A stretch of 64,000 bases of DNA from Halieaceae bacterium (GCA_028280635.1 JANQLM010000012.1:8799-72798), one strand, 5' to 3'; counted from the first letter of the stretch, positions 13,901 to 25,767 are shown. Numbers and translations are program-made. The notes: a model not told the origin generated them from the sequence alone.

Positions 13901-15369
13901 TGGAAGTCGCCAGTTCGGCCAACTGCGATCTGCTGATCGTCGGTGGCGAGGGCGACCTCGCCCTGCGCAAGCTGTACCCGGCGCTGTATGCGCTGTGGCG
14001 CGGCGACGCCCTCTGTGACCAGGTGCGGATTGTGGCCCTGGCGCGCAAGTCACCCGATCGGGATGAGTTTCTCGCCCTGGTCAGGGAACGTTTCGATACC
14101 TACAACCCCGGTGGCCCGGCAGATCCGGAGTCCTGGTCGCAGTTTATCGAGCACCTTCACTACTACCCGGCGGACGCCACTTCGGCAGAGGCGCTCACCG
14201 GTCTGCAGGAACATTTTGGCAACGCCGAGCGCGGGCTGGTGGTCTACCTGGCGACGCCGCCGCATATTTTCGCCCCCGTGTGCCGGGCCCTGGAGGGTGC
14301 CGGCCTGGTCAGGCCGTCGACTCGCATTGTCGTGGAGAAGCCGCTCGGCTCCAATCTGGAATCTTTCCGGGAGATCAATCGGGAACTGACCTCAATTTTC
14401 ACCGAGGAGCAGGTTTATCGCATCGATCATTACCTCGGCAAGGAAACCGTGCAGAACCTGCTGGCGCTGCGCTTCGCCAACTCGGTGATCGAGCCGCTCT
14501 GGAACAACCGCTACGTGGACAATGTGCAGATCACGGTGGCTGAGAACATCGGCGTATCCGGCCGCTGGAACTTCTACGAAGAAGCCGGCGCCATGCGCGA
14601 CATGCTGCAGAATCACCTGCTGCAGTTGCTGTCGCTGGCCGCCATGGAGCCGCCGGCGCACCTGTCCGCGGAAGACGTGCGCAATGAGAAGGTGAAGGTG
14701 CTGAGCTGCCTGCGGCCCATGACCGACGAGGCGGTGCGCAACAACAGCGTGATCGGCCAGTACACCGCGGGCGCCGTGCGCGGTGAGGCCGTGGTCGGTT
14801 ACATGGAAGAAGAGGGTGCCGAGAAGACCTCCAATACCGAAACCTTTGTGGCGGTGAAGGCCGAGATCGACAACTGGCGCTGGGCCGGGGTGCCCTTCTA
14901 TCTCCGCACCGGCAAACGCCTGCAGCATCGCCTGGCCGAAATCGTGGTGGAATTCAAGCAGGTGCCGCACTCCATTTTCGGGCCACTGCTGCAGTCCGAT
15001 AGCGGCAACCGCATGGTTATTCGCCTGCAGCCTGATGAGATCATCAGTCTCGAATTGATGAACAAGCAGGCCGGGCTGGAAATGGCCCTGCCCCTGCAGC
15101 AGGTGTCCCTGGACCTGACCTTCCCGGAGGAAAATGAACGCGCCGCGCCCGACGCCTACCAGCGCCTGCTGCTGGATGTGATTCGTGAGAACCCCACCCT
15201 GTTCGTGCGCGCCGATGAAGTGGAGGCGGCCTGGCACTGGGTGGACGGCATTCGCGCCGCCTGGGAGCGCATAGGCATGCGGCCCAAGAACTATTCTGCC
15301 GGCACCTGGGGACCCTCTGAATCCATTGCCCTGGTGGCCCGCGACGGCCGCAGCTGGTACGAAGCCTAG
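13900..15369 (+). CDS. zwf: Glucose-6-phosphate 1-dehydrogenase
   Basis: 489 aa with GGEGDLALRKLYPAL, the active-site peptide RIDHYLGKE, and NHLLQLL. Its ATG overlaps the ppc stop (TGATG). Confidence 0.95.
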
Positions 15370-15380
15370 GCCCAGACAGC

Positions 15381-16079
15381 ATGGCGATCGAAATCTACCA
15401 GTTCGAGAGCAACCAGCGGCTGTCGGAGGCCCTGGCCGAGTGTATTGCCTCGGGTCTGGAAGGCGCCCTGGCGTTGCGCGACGTTGCCACCCTGGCCGTG
15501 TCCGGCGGTTCCACGCCCAGGCCCCTGTTCGAAGCGCTGTCCTGGTGTGAACTGGACTGGAGTCGGGTACGGGTGACCCAGGTTGACGAGCGCTGGGTGC
15601 CGGAAGACCACGCCGATTCCAACGCGGCGCTTATTCGCGAATACCTGCTGCAGAACAACGCGGCCGCCGCCGAGCTGGTCAGCATGAAAGTGACCGGCGA
15701 AGACGCCTTTGCCGCTGAGGCCCGGGTTGCCGACAAGCTGCACGTCTTTGCCGAGGCCATCGACGTGGCGGTGCTGGGTATGGGCGAGGACGGTCATACC
15801 GCGTCGTTCTTTCCCGAGGCACGGGAGTTACCGGCGGCGCTTGACCCGGGCAGCGAGGCCCTGTGCCTGGCCCTGCGACCGCCAGCGGCACCCCACGATC
15901 GTATGACCCTGTCGCTGGCCGCCCTGCTGCGTGCGCGGCAGCTTTATCTGCACATCACCGGTGAAGCCAAGTGGCGGGTGCTGGAGGCCGCGCTCGCCGG
16001 TGAGGACATCTACGAGTACCCGATTCGCTCGGTGTTCTATCGGGAACACAGCCCGCTGGAAGTGTTTTACGCCCCCTGA
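15381..16079 (+). CDS. pgl: 6-phosphogluconolactonase
   Basis: 232 aa with LAVSGGSTP, DERWVPEDHADSN and LGMGEDGHTASFFP. Confidence 0.9.
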   Translation: MAIEIYQFESNQRLSEALAECIASGLEGALALRDVATLAVSGGSTPRPLFEALSWCELDWSRVRVTQVDERWVPEDHADSNAALIREYLLQNNAAAAELVSMKVTGEDAFAAEARVADKLHVFAEAIDVAVLGMGEDGHTASFFPEARELPAALDPGSEALCLALRPPAAPHDRMTLSLAALLRARQLYLHITGEAKWRVLEAALAGEDIYEYPIRSVFYREHSPLEVFYAP

Positions 16080-16097
16080 GGTTTTGAAGAAATTGTC

Positions 16098-17918
16098 ATG
16101 AATCCTGTTGTAGAAAAAGTTACCGAGACCATCAAGCGACGCAGCCAGGGCCGGCGCGGTCGTTACCTGGACCGCTGCCGGCAGACCATGGAAGAACTGC
16201 CCCCCAAGAAACGCCTGTCCTGTGGCAACCTGGCCCACGGCTACGCCGCCTGTGGCGAGGAGGAGAAGGCCCTGATCGCCGGCATGCAGGCGGTCAACAT
16301 CGGCATTCTCAATGCCTACAACGACATGCTCTCCGCCCACCAGCCGCTGGCCACCTACCCGGACCGTATCAAGGCGATCGCCCGCGAATTTGGCGGCACC
16401 GCCCAGGTAGCTTCCGGTGTGCCCGCCATGTGTGACGGCGTTACCCAGGGCCAGCCGGGCATGGACCTCAGCCTGTTCAGCCGCGACGTGGTGGCGATGG
16501 CCACCGCGGTGGGGCTCAGCCACAACCTGTTTGACGCCGCCCTGTGCCTGGGAATCTGCGACAAGATTGTGCCCGGCATGATGATTGGCGCGCTGCAGTT
16601 CGGCCACCTGCCGATCGCTTTTATTGGTTCCGGTCCCATGGCCTCGGGCATTCCCAACAAGGAAAAAGCCGCCGTGCGCCAGCGTCACGCGGAAGGCAAG
16701 GCCACGCGCGACGAGTTACTGGCGGTGGAGTCGGCGAGCTACCATTCGCCCGGAACCTGCACCTTCTACGGCACCGCCAACAGCAACCAGGTATTGATGG
16801 AGATGTTGGGTGTGCAGTTGCCCGGGTCCTCCTTCCTGCACCCTGAGGACCCACTGCGTGAAGCTCTTACGCGGCGTACGGTGCAGAGTCTGGTGGAGGC
16901 CACCTACGATGCCGGCGACTACCGGCCACTGTCGGCGGTGGTCTGTGAAGAGTCCATCGTCAATGCCCTGGTGGCGCTGCTGGCCACCGGCGGCTCTACC
17001 AACCATATGCTGCACATGGTGGCCATCGCCCGCGCCGCCGGCATTGAACTGGTGCTTGGCGATGTCGACGAACTGTCAGCCGCGGTGCCACTGCTGGCGC
17101 GCATCTACCCGAACGGTTCGGCGGACATCAATCATTTCCAGGCCGCCGGTGGGATGGCTTTCCTGGTGCGCGAACTGCGCGACGGCGGGCTGCTCAATGA
17201 AAACGTGGTCAACCTGCTGGGCGCGGGCCTTGAGGCCTGGTGCAGGGCACCTGAGGCTGATGGCGACAATGGCGTGGCCTGGGCCAATACGGTGCAAACC
17301 TCCGGCGATACTACGGTGTTGACCGGGGTGGCCCGGGCCTTTGCGCCGGAAGGCGGGCTCAAGCGCCTGACCGGGAACCTCGGTGAGTCGGTGATCAAGG
17401 TATCTGCCGTCGCCGAGGAACACCGGGTAGTGCGAGCCCCCTGCCGGGTGTTCCACAGCCAGCACGATCTGAAAGATGCCTTTGAGGCCGGCGAGCTGGA
17501 CATGGACGTGGTTGTCGTGGTGCGCTTCCAGGGCCCTGCCGCCAACGGCATGCCCGAGTTGCACAAAATGACGCCCTACCTGGGGGTGCTACAGGACCGC
17601 GGCTACCAGGTGGCGCTGGTGACCGATGGCCGCATGTCCGGCGCCTCCGGCAAGGTGCCGGCGGCCATCCACCTGTCGCCGGAAGCCGCCCAGGGTGGGC
17701 CCATCGGCAAGCTGCGCGACGGGGATATCGTCAATCTGGACGCGATGGCCGGCAGCCTTGCTATCGAGGTGGATGCGGCGGAATGGGATTCTCGCGAACT
17801 GGCCGAGGCGCCGCCGGAGGAATTCAACCTGGGGCGCAACCTGTTCGCCGCCTTCCGCGCCAACAACTCGGGCTCATTGCTGGGCGCCTCGGTGTTCGAA
17901 GCGGGCTTCGATCCCTGA
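16098..17918 (+). CDS. edd: Phosphogluconate dehydratase (Entner-Doudoroff)
   Basis: 606 aa of the IlvD/Edd family, with PAMCDGVTQGQPGM, CDKIVPGM and TDGRMSGASGKVPAAIHLSPEA. Confidence 0.95.
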   Translation: MNPVVEKVTETIKRRSQGRRGRYLDRCRQTMEELPPKKRLSCGNLAHGYAACGEEEKALIAGMQAVNIGILNAYNDMLSAHQPLATYPDRIKAIAREFGGTAQVASGVPAMCDGVTQGQPGMDLSLFSRDVVAMATAVGLSHNLFDAALCLGICDKIVPGMMIGALQFGHLPIAFIGSGPMASGIPNKEKAAVRQRHAEGKATRDELLAVESASYHSPGTCTFYGTANSNQVLMEMLGVQLPGSSFLHPEDPLREALTRRTVQSLVEATYDAGDYRPLSAVVCEESIVNALVALLATGGSTNHMLHMVAIARAAGIELVLGDVDELSAAVPLLARIYPNGSADINHFQAAGGMAFLVRELRDGGLLNENVVNLLGAGLEAWCRAPEADGDNGVAWANTVQTSGDTTVLTGVARAFAPEGGLKRLTGNLGESVIKVSAVAEEHRVVRAPCRVFHSQHDLKDAFEAGELDMDVVVVVRFQGPAANGMPELHKMTPYLGVLQDRGYQVALVTDGRMSGASGKVPAAIHLSPEAAQGGPIGKLRDGDIVNLDAMAGSLAIEVDAAEWDSRELAEAPPEEFNLGRNLFAAFRANNSGSLLGASVFEAGFDP

Positions 17919-17921
17919 GCC

Positions 17922-18947
17922 TCAGCTACCGCAGGATTCGCGGACGATCAGTTCGGGTTTCAGCAGGCGTGAGGTCTCGTCGCCGCTCTCGATCAGTTCC
18001 AACAGCAGGTTGACCAGGGTTTCCCCGGCGCGCTTCACATCCTGGCGCACGGTGGTCAGCGCCGGGCTGCAGTAGGCGGCGGCCTGGATGTCGTCGAAGC
18101 CGACGATGGCGACATCGCCGGGAACGTCGATACCCTTGTCCTGCAGGTAGTGCATGGCGCCGATGGCGATCAGGTCACTGGCGCACACCAGGGCATCAAA
18201 CTCCAGCCCGGCGTCCAGCAGGCTGGCCACGGCATCCGCGCCGCTTTCCTCGAAGCTTTCGGCATACACCTGCAGGTCGGGGTCAGCGGCCAGCCTGGCT
18301 TCCCTGAGGGCATCGCCATAGCCCCGGTAGCGATCGGCAAACTCCGGCGCCTGTTCCGAGTTGCAGCCCAGGAAGGCAATCTTGCCACGGCCTTGCTGTA
18401 GCAGGTGACGGGTGGCGAGGTAGCCGCCCAGCGCGTTGTCCGAACCCACGCAGATACCGTGCTCAAAGTTGAGGCGCGGGCCCCAGATCACCCAGTGGGC
18501 GCCGGAGTCTGCCAGCCGCTGCAGGGTGGGGTGGGCGCTGACGTAATCGCCGTAACCCAGCAGGATCAAACCATCGGCGCGGTGAGCCTCCTCGTAGCGC
18601 GCGTACCAGTCCTCCTCAGGGTGCTGGAAAGACACCAGCAGGTCGTACTCGTGAGCCGAGCAGGCCTTGGTAATGCTGCCCAGCATGGAGAGAAAGAAGG
18701 GGTTGATCGGTGAGGCGGCTTCCGGGGCATCCTCGAACAGCAGCAGCGCCAGGGTGCGGGTATTGCCGGTACGAAGGCTGCTGGCGGTGCGGTCGACCTG
18801 GTAATTGAGTTCGCGGGCTATGGCCTGCACCCGGGCGCGGGTTTCCGGATTGACCAGGGGGCTGTCGCGCAGGGCGCGGGACACCGTGGACTGGGACACC
18901 CCGGCCTTGGCCGCGATATCGAAGGACGTCGCCTTTCTTTCCGCCAT
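17922..18947 (-). CDS. LacI-family transcriptional regulator
   Basis: 341 aa. N-terminal HTH ATSFDIAAKAGVSQSTVSRALRD followed by a periplasmic-binding-protein-like sugar domain. It is divergent from glgB. Confidence 0.9.
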   Translation of the reverse strand: MAERKATSFDIAAKAGVSQSTVSRALRDSPLVNPETRARVQAIARELNYQVDRTASSLRTGNTRTLALLLFEDAPEAASPINPFFLSMLGSITKACSAHEYDLLVSFQHPEEDWYARYEEAHRADGLILLGYGDYVSAHPTLQRLADSGAHWVIWGPRLNFEHGICVGSDNALGGYLATRHLLQQGRGKIAFLGCNSEQAPEFADRYRGYGDALREARLAADPDLQVYAESFEESGADAVASLLDAGLEFDALVCASDLIAIGAMHYLQDKGIDVPGDVAIVGFDDIQAAAYCSPALTTVRQDVKRAGETLVNLLLELIESGDETSRLLKPELIVRESCGS

Positions 18948-19060
18948 GACAGCAGCACACCAAACTGACAGGTCTTGATTGTCTGTATTTGCTGATCTTT
19001 GCGCAACGGTCGTGAATGGGCGTGGTCAGGGCCAAAAACGCCGCCAATTCGCCCCCTACG

Positions 19061-19074
19061 TGAATACGTATGCA
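19061..19074. promoter_or_regulatory. 14-bp palindrome TGAATACGTATGCA (candidate LacI-family operator)
   Basis: 12 of 14 self-complementary around a central CG, as in LacI/PurR/CcpA-type operators. It lies in the lacI-glgB divergent region, 60 nt upstream of the preferred glgB ATG. Its exact reverse complement occurs at 39132. Confidence 0.45.
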
Positions 19075-19133
19075 AGCCATTGCCAGCGCTTTGCCCCGTG
19101 CCTACTGTGTTTTCCACGGTTTTTTCAGGGCTA

Positions 19134-21041
19134 ATGCCGCCTGTGGCAGCAATTAAACAACCAAGTGTCGTATCTCGGGACGACCTCTACCTGTTCGGTG
19201 AGGGTACCCATGAGCGCGCCTGGCAGTGGCTGGGAGCGCATCCCGAGGAGGGCGGCCTGCGCTTCACGGTCTGGGCGCCGAATGCGCGCCGGGTAGCCGT
19301 GGTAGGCGATTTCAATGGCTGGGACGGCACTGCCGATCCCCTGAGTTGCCTTGGGGACAGCGGACTCTGGAGTGGCCATGTTAGCGCTGCCGCGTCGGGC
19401 GCCATGTACAAATTCGAGATCAGTGATCGCGACGGCAAGCTCCTGCCCCTGAAGGCCGATCCCTATGCGCTGCAAATGCAGAAACCCGGCGACACCGCGT
19501 CGATCGCCTGCGCCCAGGCCGCACACCGCTGGGCTGACGAGGAATGGATGTCGCAGCGCGCCGCGCGCATGGACCGGCGCGCACCCATCAGCATTTACGA
19601 GGTACACCTGGGCTCCTGGCGCCGCCGCGGCGCCGACCGCCGCTACCTGAGCTACCGGGAACTGGCGGATGAACTGGTAGCCTATGCCCGCGACATGGGC
19701 TTTACCCACCTGCAGCTCATGCCGATGAGTGAATACCCTTTTGACGGCTCCTGGGGTTACCAGCCGGTGGGCATGTTTGCACCCACCAGCCGCTTTGGCA
19801 GTCCCGATGACTACCGCTATTTTATCGACTGCTGCCACCGCGCCGGCCTCGGCGTGCTGCAGGACTGGGTGCCGGCGCATTTTCCCACCGACCCCCATGG
19901 CCTGGGGCGTTTTGATGGCAGCGCCCTTTATGAGCACGAGGATCCGCGCAAGGGCTTCCACCAGGACTGGAATACTCTCATCTACAACATGGGTCGCAAT
20001 GAGGTGCTGAGCTTCCTGCTGAGCAACGCCCACTATTGGCTGGAGAGCTTTCATATCGACGGGCTGCGCGTCGATGCGGTGGCCTCGATGCTCTACCTGG
20101 ATTACAGCCGCGAGGAAGGGCAGTGGATTCCCAACGAGCACGGCGGCAATGAAAACCTTGAAGCCATTGCCTTCCTGCGTCGCCTCAATGAGCGGGTCTA
20201 TGCCAACTTTCCCGATGTCGCCACGATCGCTGAGGAATCCACTGCCTGGCCCGGCGTATCCCGGCCCACCGACAGCGGCGGCCTGGGTTTCGGCTACAAG
20301 TGGAACATGGGCTGGATGCACGACACCCTGCAGTACATGTCGCGTGATCCGGTGCATCGCACACATCACCACAGGGACATCACCTTCGGGCTCAGTTACG
20401 CCTTCAGTGAAAACTACGTGCTGCCCCTGAGCCACGACGAGGTGGTGCACGGCAAGGGGAGTCTCCTCGGGCGCATGCCCGGAGACGACTGGCAGCGCTT
20501 TGCCAACCTGCGCGCCTACTACGGTTTTATGTGGACCCATCCGGGCAAGAAGCTGCTGTTTATGGGCGGCGAATTCGCCCAGCAGCGTGAGTGGGATCAC
20601 GATAGCCCGCTGGACTGGCAGCTGCTGGATGCAGGGCCCCACGCCGGTGTGCAAACCCTGGTACGCGATCTCAATCGACTCTACTGCGAGCTGCCGGCCC
20701 TGCACGTCCTGGACTGTGAGGCGCAGGGCTTCGAGTGGCTGGAAGGTGGCGATACCGGCAACTCGGTGGTGGCCTACCAGCGCCAGGATGACGCCGGGAA
20801 TGCGGCTGTCACCGTGTGTAACTTCACGCCGGTGCCCCATGCGGAATATCGCCTCGGGGTGCCCGGCCCCGGCAGCTACCGGCTGCGCCTGAGCACCGAC
20901 GAAGCCGGTTATGGCGGCAGCGGCTATCCCGTTCACGCCACACTCAAGGCCGATGCCATTGCCGCCCATGGCCGCGAACACTCGGTGCTGCTGAGTCTGC
21001 CGCCCCTGGCCACTGTGATCTATGAGCGATTGCCGGGATGA
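19134..21041 (+). CDS. glgB: 1,4-alpha-glucan branching enzyme
   Basis: GH13 GlgB motifs ([67 protein letters not shown]). The ATG at 19134 is preferred over the listed 18999, whose extension would cover the operator-like palindrome and leave only 51 bp of intergenic DNA. Confidence 0.93.
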   Translation: MPPVAAIKQPSVVSRDDLYLFGEGTHERAWQWLGAHPEEGGLRFTVWAPNARRVAVVGDFNGWDGTADPLSCLGDSGLWSGHVSAAASGAMYKFEISDRDGKLLPLKADPYALQMQKPGDTASIACAQAAHRWADEEWMSQRAARMDRRAPISIYEVHLGSWRRRGADRRYLSYRELADELVAYARDMGFTHLQLMPMSEYPFDGSWGYQPVGMFAPTSRFGSPDDYRYFIDCCHRAGLGVLQDWVPAHFPTDPHGLGRFDGSALYEHEDPRKGFHQDWNTLIYNMGRNEVLSFLLSNAHYWLESFHIDGLRVDAVASMLYLDYSREEGQWIPNEHGGNENLEAIAFLRRLNERVYANFPDVATIAEESTAWPGVSRPTDSGGLGFGYKWNMGWMHDTLQYMSRDPVHRTHHHRDITFGLSYAFSENYVLPLSHDEVVHGKGSLLGRMPGDDWQRFANLRAYYGFMWTHPGKKLLFMGGEFAQQREWDHDSPLDWQLLDAGPHAGVQTLVRDLNRLYCELPALHVLDCEAQGFEWLEGGDTGNSVVAYQRQDDAGNAAVTVCNFTPVPHAEYRLGVPGPGSYRLRLSTDEAGYGGSGYPVHATLKADAIAAHGREHSVLLSLPPLATVIYERLPG

Positions 21042-23290
21042 ACAGCCCTGAGCCAAAGAACGGCCCTGAGCCAAAAAACAGCCCTGAGCCAAAAAACAGC
21101 CCTGAGCCAAAAAATGGCCCTGAGCCAGAGAACGGCCCCGAGTGTATGAACGGCCCCGAGCGGATCAACAGCGCTGAGCCTGCAAAGCGTCCTGAGCCCG
21201 CTCACCGAACCGAGTCGCCCGGGGTCGAACCCGACGTTCCACTCGGCGCCCACCTCGATGAAGACGGTGTGAACTTTGCGCTGTTCAGCGAACACGCGGA
21301 ACGGGTGGAGCTGTGTCTGTTTGACGCTGACAGCGGTGACGAAACCCGCCGTGTCGACCTGGCGCGCCGCGCCAATGGCACCTGGTCTGAACACCTGACA
21401 GGACTGGCCGCGGGCACCCACTATGGCTACCGGGTGCACGGCCCCTGGGCGCCAGAGGCCGGGCATCGCTTCAACCCGCACAAGCTGCTGCTGGACCCCT
21501 ACGCCCGCTGGATCAGCGGCGAGCTGGTGCTGGATCCCCGGCACTACGCCTTTGAGCAGGGTGGCGAGCGCGAGGATCTTGGCTTCGACAGCCGCGACAG
21601 TGCACCGGTCATGCCGCGTTGCGTGGTAATGCCCGAACTGCCTCCGGCGCCGCAGCGCTCGCGCAATATGCGCGGCGACCGCGTGATCTACGAGGCCCAC
21701 GTGCGTGGCCTGACCATGCGCCACGAGGCGCTGTCGCCGGCGCTGCGGGGCAGCTTCGCCGGTATGTCCGACGCGCGCATTATCGATTACCTGCGAGCGC
21801 TGGGCATCGACACCGTGGAACTGATGCCTGTGCAGGCTTTTGTCGACGAGCCACACCTGCAGCAGCGCGGGCTGCGTAACTACTGGGGCTACAACACGGT
21901 GGGCTTTTTCGCTCCGGCAGCTCGCTACTCGAGCCAGCCGCAACCCGCCGAGTTTCGCGCCCTCGTGGATCGCCTGCACGAGGCCGGTATCGAAGTCGTG
22001 CTGGACGTGGTCTACAACCACAGCGGTGAGGGCGATCACCTCGGCCCGCAGCTGTGTTTCCGTGGCATAGACAACTTGAGCTACTACCGCCTGGCTGCCG
22101 ACAACCCGCGTTACTACGTGAACGACACCGGCTGCGGCAACACGCTGAACCTTGAGCATCCCCGGGTTCGCGCGCTGGTGCTGGACAGCCTGCGCTACTG
22201 GGCGCAAACCATGGATGTCGACGGTTTCCGCTTTGACCTCGCGCCGACTTTGGCCCGGGAAGGTGGGCAGTTCAATCCCGACAGCGCCTTTTTCCAGGCC
22301 CTCTCCGAGGACCCGGTACTGTGCCAGCGAATGCTGGTGGCGGAACCCTGGGATATCGGCCCCGACGGCTACCGGCTGGGACAGTTCCCGGCCGGCTGGT
22401 CAGAGTGGAATGACCGCTACCGCGACACGGTTCGGCGTTTCTGGCGCGGTGACGAGGGCCAGTTGCCGGGCCTGGCCAGGGCCCTGCACGGTTCGGGAGA
22501 CCTTTTTGAAGCCGCTGGCCGCCTGCCGGCGGCAAGCATCAACTTTGTGACCAGCCACGACGGATTCACCGGGGCTGACCTGGTCAGCTACAAGGAACGG
22601 CACAACCAGGCCAATGGCGAAGACAACCGCGATGGCCACCGCCACAACTTCAGCGGCAACCACGGCGTGGAGGGCTTCAGCGCCGACCCGCGCGTCGCAG
22701 GTCTGCGGCTGCGCCAGCGCCGCAACCTGCTGGCCACGCTGCTGCTATCCCAGGGTACGCCGATGCTGCTGATGGGCGACGAACTGGGCCGCAGCCAGCA
22801 GGGTAATAACAACGCCTACTGCCAGGACAACGAGATCAGCTGGTTTGACTGGCAGGCGCTGGCCGGCCCTGAGTCGGGCTTCCTTGAGTTTGTCCGCCAC
22901 CTGCTGGCCCTGCGCCGCCGCCATACGCTGCTGCGCTGGCCGCGCTATATCCACGATACGGGCGAGGCCGACACCCCGCAGTGCCGCTGGTACGATCGCG
23001 ATGGCAGTGCCATGGATCGCGGCGCCTGGGACAATCCGCACCAGTCCTGGCTCGGCAAACTGCTGACCGCCCCCGGCGAACAGCCGCTGCTGTTGCTGGT
23101 GAACGGCAGCGCCCAGAATGTGCCCTTTCAGTTGCCGGCGCCTGCCGCCGGTAGCTGGGTAACACAGCTCGATACCGGGAACCGCGATTTCACCGGTGAC
23201 GGGGTCGAACACCTGGCGGGGGGCCACCTGCTGCTGCGGCAGCGTTCGGTGGTGCTCCTGACTTTTACCGAAACGCAGAAGGAAGAGTAA
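21038..23290 (+). CDS. glgX: Glycogen debranching enzyme GlgX (GH13) with a repetitive N-terminal extension
   Basis: GlgX core starts at [29 protein letters not shown], with [22 protein letters not shown] and AEPWD. The ATG at 21038 overlaps the glgB stop (ATGA). An alternative ATG at 21146 would skip most of the repeat. Confidence 0.9.
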   Translation: MNSPEPKNGPEPKNSPEPKNSPEPKNGPEPENGPECMNGPERINSAEPAKRPEPAHRTESPGVEPDVPLGAHLDEDGVNFALFSEHAERVELCLFDADSGDETRRVDLARRANGTWSEHLTGLAAGTHYGYRVHGPWAPEAGHRFNPHKLLLDPYARWISGELVLDPRHYAFEQGGEREDLGFDSRDSAPVMPRCVVMPELPPAPQRSRNMRGDRVIYEAHVRGLTMRHEALSPALRGSFAGMSDARIIDYLRALGIDTVELMPVQAFVDEPHLQQRGLRNYWGYNTVGFFAPAARYSSQPQPAEFRALVDRLHEAGIEVVLDVVYNHSGEGDHLGPQLCFRGIDNLSYYRLAADNPRYYVNDTGCGNTLNLEHPRVRALVLDSLRYWAQTMDVDGFRFDLAPTLAREGGQFNPDSAFFQALSEDPVLCQRMLVAEPWDIGPDGYRLGQFPAGWSEWNDRYRDTVRRFWRGDEGQLPGLARALHGSGDLFEAAGRLPAASINFVTSHDGFTGADLVSYKERHNQANGEDNRDGHRHNFSGNHGVEGFSADPRVAGLRLRQRRNLLATLLLSQGTPMLLMGDELGRSQQGNNNAYCQDNEISWFDWQALAGPESGFLEFVRHLLALRRRHTLLRWPRYIHDTGEADTPQCRWYDRDGSAMDRGAWDNPHQSWLGKLLTAPGEQPLLLLVNGSAQNVPFQLPAPAAGSWVTQLDTGNRDFTGDGVEHLAGGHLLLRQRSVVLLTFTETQKEE
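21044..21205 (+). repeat. About nine tandem copies of an 18-bp unit (consensus AGCCCTGAGCCAAAAAAC), decaying in the 3' direction
   Basis: Units read directly at 21044, 21062, 21080, 21098, 21116, 21134, 21152, 21170 and 21188. In the glgX frame they encode (N-S/G-P-E-P-K)n. Confidence 0.95.
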
Positions 23291-25767
23291 TGCCTGTGGC
23301 AGATGTACCTGAGCCCCCCGTGGCGAGCCCCGTCGAGGACAACGCCGCCCATGAACTGGCGGAGGATATACGCCGTCACCTGAATGTCTCGCTGGGCGAG
23401 GCGGAGGCGGATGACAGCACGCCGCGGGCCCTGTTCAAGGCCCTGGGATTGACCCTGCGCGACCAGATGATCGGCCCCGCCGTGGCCCAGCGCCAGGCCG
23501 ACCTGGCGGGGGAGCGCAAGCAGGTGCACTACCTGTCACTGGAATTCCTGATGGGCCGGCTGCTCACCAATGCGGTGGACAACCTCGACCTGCATGAACG
23601 GCTCGCCGGCGCGCTGCGCGAGCTGGGCGTAGCCTACGAGGACCTGTCAGAACAGGAGCACGACGCCGGCCTTGGCAACGGCGGCCTCGGTCGTCTGGCG
23701 GCCTGCTTCCTGGACAGCTGCGCCACCCTGGACCTGCCGGTGACAGGCTACGGGCTGCGCTATCGCTACGGCATGTTTCGCCAGTCCATCGAGCAGGGTT
23801 ACCAGGTGGAGCACCCGGACACCTGGCTGCGCTCCGGCTATCCCTGGGAAATCAAGCGACCTGACCAGGCAAGGCGGGTGCCGTTCTTCGGGCATATCGA
23901 GCACGAGGTGGACGAGGACGGCCGCGCCCATGTGCGCCTGGTGGATACCGAGGACGTGATGGCGATACCTTACGATATCCCGGTCCCGGGCCACGGCCAC
24001 CAGCGAGTCAACCTGCTGCGCCTGTGGTCGGCCCAGGCCAGCCACGCCCTCGACCTGAACGCCTTCAATGCCGGCGATCACATGGCCTCGGTCACCGCCA
24101 AAAACCAGGCGGAGCAGATCACCATGGTGCTGTACCCGGCTGATCACACGGAGGCAGGCAAGCTGCTGCGCCTGCGCCAACAGTACTTCCACTGCTCCGC
24201 CAGCCTGCAGGACGTACTGGCCGGCTGGGTGGACCATCACGGGGAAGACTTCAGCCGCTTCGCCGAACTCAACTGCTTCCAGCTCAACGATACCCATCCG
24301 ATCTGCGCTATCCCCGAGCTGATGCGCCTGCTGATCGACGAGCATGAGCTGGAGTGGGACCAGGCCTGGGACATCACGCGCCGGGCGATGGCCTACACCA
24401 ACCACACCCTGCTGCCCGAGGCCCTGGAGCAGTGGCCGCTGTCCATGTTCGAATACCTGCTGCCGCGTATTACCGAGATTATTCTCGAAATCGATCGCCG
24501 CTTCTGTGAGGACCTCGAGGCCCGATGGCCCGGTGACGCAGAGCGCCTGGGCCGTATGGCGATCGTTTCTCGCGGTGACCACCCGCAGGTGCGCATGGCC
24601 TACCTGGGTATTGTCGGCGGCACGTCGGTCAACGGGGTCGCGGCCCTGCACTCGAGCCTGCTGACCTCGCAGTTGTTCAGGGACTTTCATGAGCTGTGGC
24701 CCGAAAAATTCAACAACAAGACCAACGGGGTGACCCACCGGCGCTGGCTATCCCAGTGCAACCACGGTCTTGCCACCCTGTTGCAGGACACTATCGGCGA
24801 AGGCTGGCTGGAGGATGCTTCCCGGCTGCATGCGCTGTGCGATTTCGCCGAGGATCACGGCTTCCAGGCGCGCTGGGATGCTGTCAAGCAGGCCAACAAG
24901 CGGCGGCTGGCGGAGTTGGTGGCGGTGCGCTGCGGCGTCGAGTTCGATCCAGCCTTCCTGTTCGACGTTCAGGTGAAGCGCATTCACGAGTACAAGCGCC
25001 AGTTGCTCAATGCACTGCATATCATCCACCTGTACGACCGTATCGAACGCGGTGAAACGGAGGGGATGCTGCCACGCTGCGTGTTGATCGGCGGCAAGGC
25101 GGCGCCCAGCTATGCGCTGGCCAAGCTGATCGTGCGGCTGATCAATGGCATTGCTGATCGGGTCAACGCCGATCCCGCGGCGCGCGAGTGGCTGCGGGTG
25201 GCCTTCCTGCCAAACTACGGTGTGTCTGCGATGGAGGTGATCTGCCCGGGCACGGATCTCTCGGAGCAGATTTCCACCGCGGGCAAGGAAGCTTCCGGTA
25301 CCGGCAACATGAAGTTCATGATGAACGGCGCGCTGACCATCGGCACCATGGACGGCGCCAATATTGAGATTTTTGAAGCGGTGGGCGCCGAGCACGGATT
25401 TCCTTTCGGCCTCAGCACGGAAGAGGTGCGGGCGACGCGGGAAGACTACGATCCCGAGCGTTACCTGGACGCCAGCCCCGAATTGCAGCGAGTACTGGCG
25501 CGACTGGGCAGCGATGACTTCTGTGGCGACGAGTCCGGTATCTACCAGCCGCTGATGGATGCGCTGCTGAGCCCTACCGACCCCTGGATGACACTGGTGG
25601 ATTTCCCGGCTTTTGTCGCCGCACAGCAGCAGGTCGCCGACGCCTACCGGGACCGCGCGCGCTGGTTGCGTTCCAGTATTCTGAACACAGCAGCCAGTGG
25701 CCGCTTCTCGAGTGACAGGACCATTCGCGACTACGCCCGCGATATCTGGGGATTGGACGCACACTAG
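23290..25767 (+). CDS. glgP: Glycogen/maltodextrin phosphorylase
   Basis: 825 aa with DAGLGNGGLGRLAACFLDS and the PLP-lysine region EASGTGNMKFMMNGALTIGTMDGANIEI. The ATG overlaps the glgX stop (TAATG). Confidence 0.95.
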   Translation: MPVADVPEPPVASPVEDNAAHELAEDIRRHLNVSLGEAEADDSTPRALFKALGLTLRDQMIGPAVAQRQADLAGERKQVHYLSLEFLMGRLLTNAVDNLDLHERLAGALRELGVAYEDLSEQEHDAGLGNGGLGRLAACFLDSCATLDLPVTGYGLRYRYGMFRQSIEQGYQVEHPDTWLRSGYPWEIKRPDQARRVPFFGHIEHEVDEDGRAHVRLVDTEDVMAIPYDIPVPGHGHQRVNLLRLWSAQASHALDLNAFNAGDHMASVTAKNQAEQITMVLYPADHTEAGKLLRLRQQYFHCSASLQDVLAGWVDHHGEDFSRFAELNCFQLNDTHPICAIPELMRLLIDEHELEWDQAWDITRRAMAYTNHTLLPEALEQWPLSMFEYLLPRITEIILEIDRRFCEDLEARWPGDAERLGRMAIVSRGDHPQVRMAYLGIVGGTSVNGVAALHSSLLTSQLFRDFHELWPEKFNNKTNGVTHRRWLSQCNHGLATLLQDTIGEGWLEDASRLHALCDFAEDHGFQARWDAVKQANKRRLAELVAVRCGVEFDPAFLFDVQVKRIHEYKRQLLNALHIIHLYDRIERGETEGMLPRCVLIGGKAAPSYALAKLIVRLINGIADRVNADPAAREWLRVAFLPNYGVSAMEVICPGTDLSEQISTAGKEASGTGNMKFMMNGALTIGTMDGANIEIFEAVGAEHGFPFGLSTEEVRATREDYDPERYLDASPELQRVLARLGSDDFCGDESGIYQPLMDALLSPTDPWMTLVDFPAFVAAQQQVADAYRDRARWLRSSILNTAASGRFSSDRTIRDYARDIWGLDAH

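Noticed and set aside
21044-21205. Possible CRISPR array, because of regularly spaced repeats.
   Set aside because: The 18-bp units are directly abutting with no spacers and are in frame with glgX. No cas genes or leader are present. It is a tandem minisatellite, not a CRISPR.
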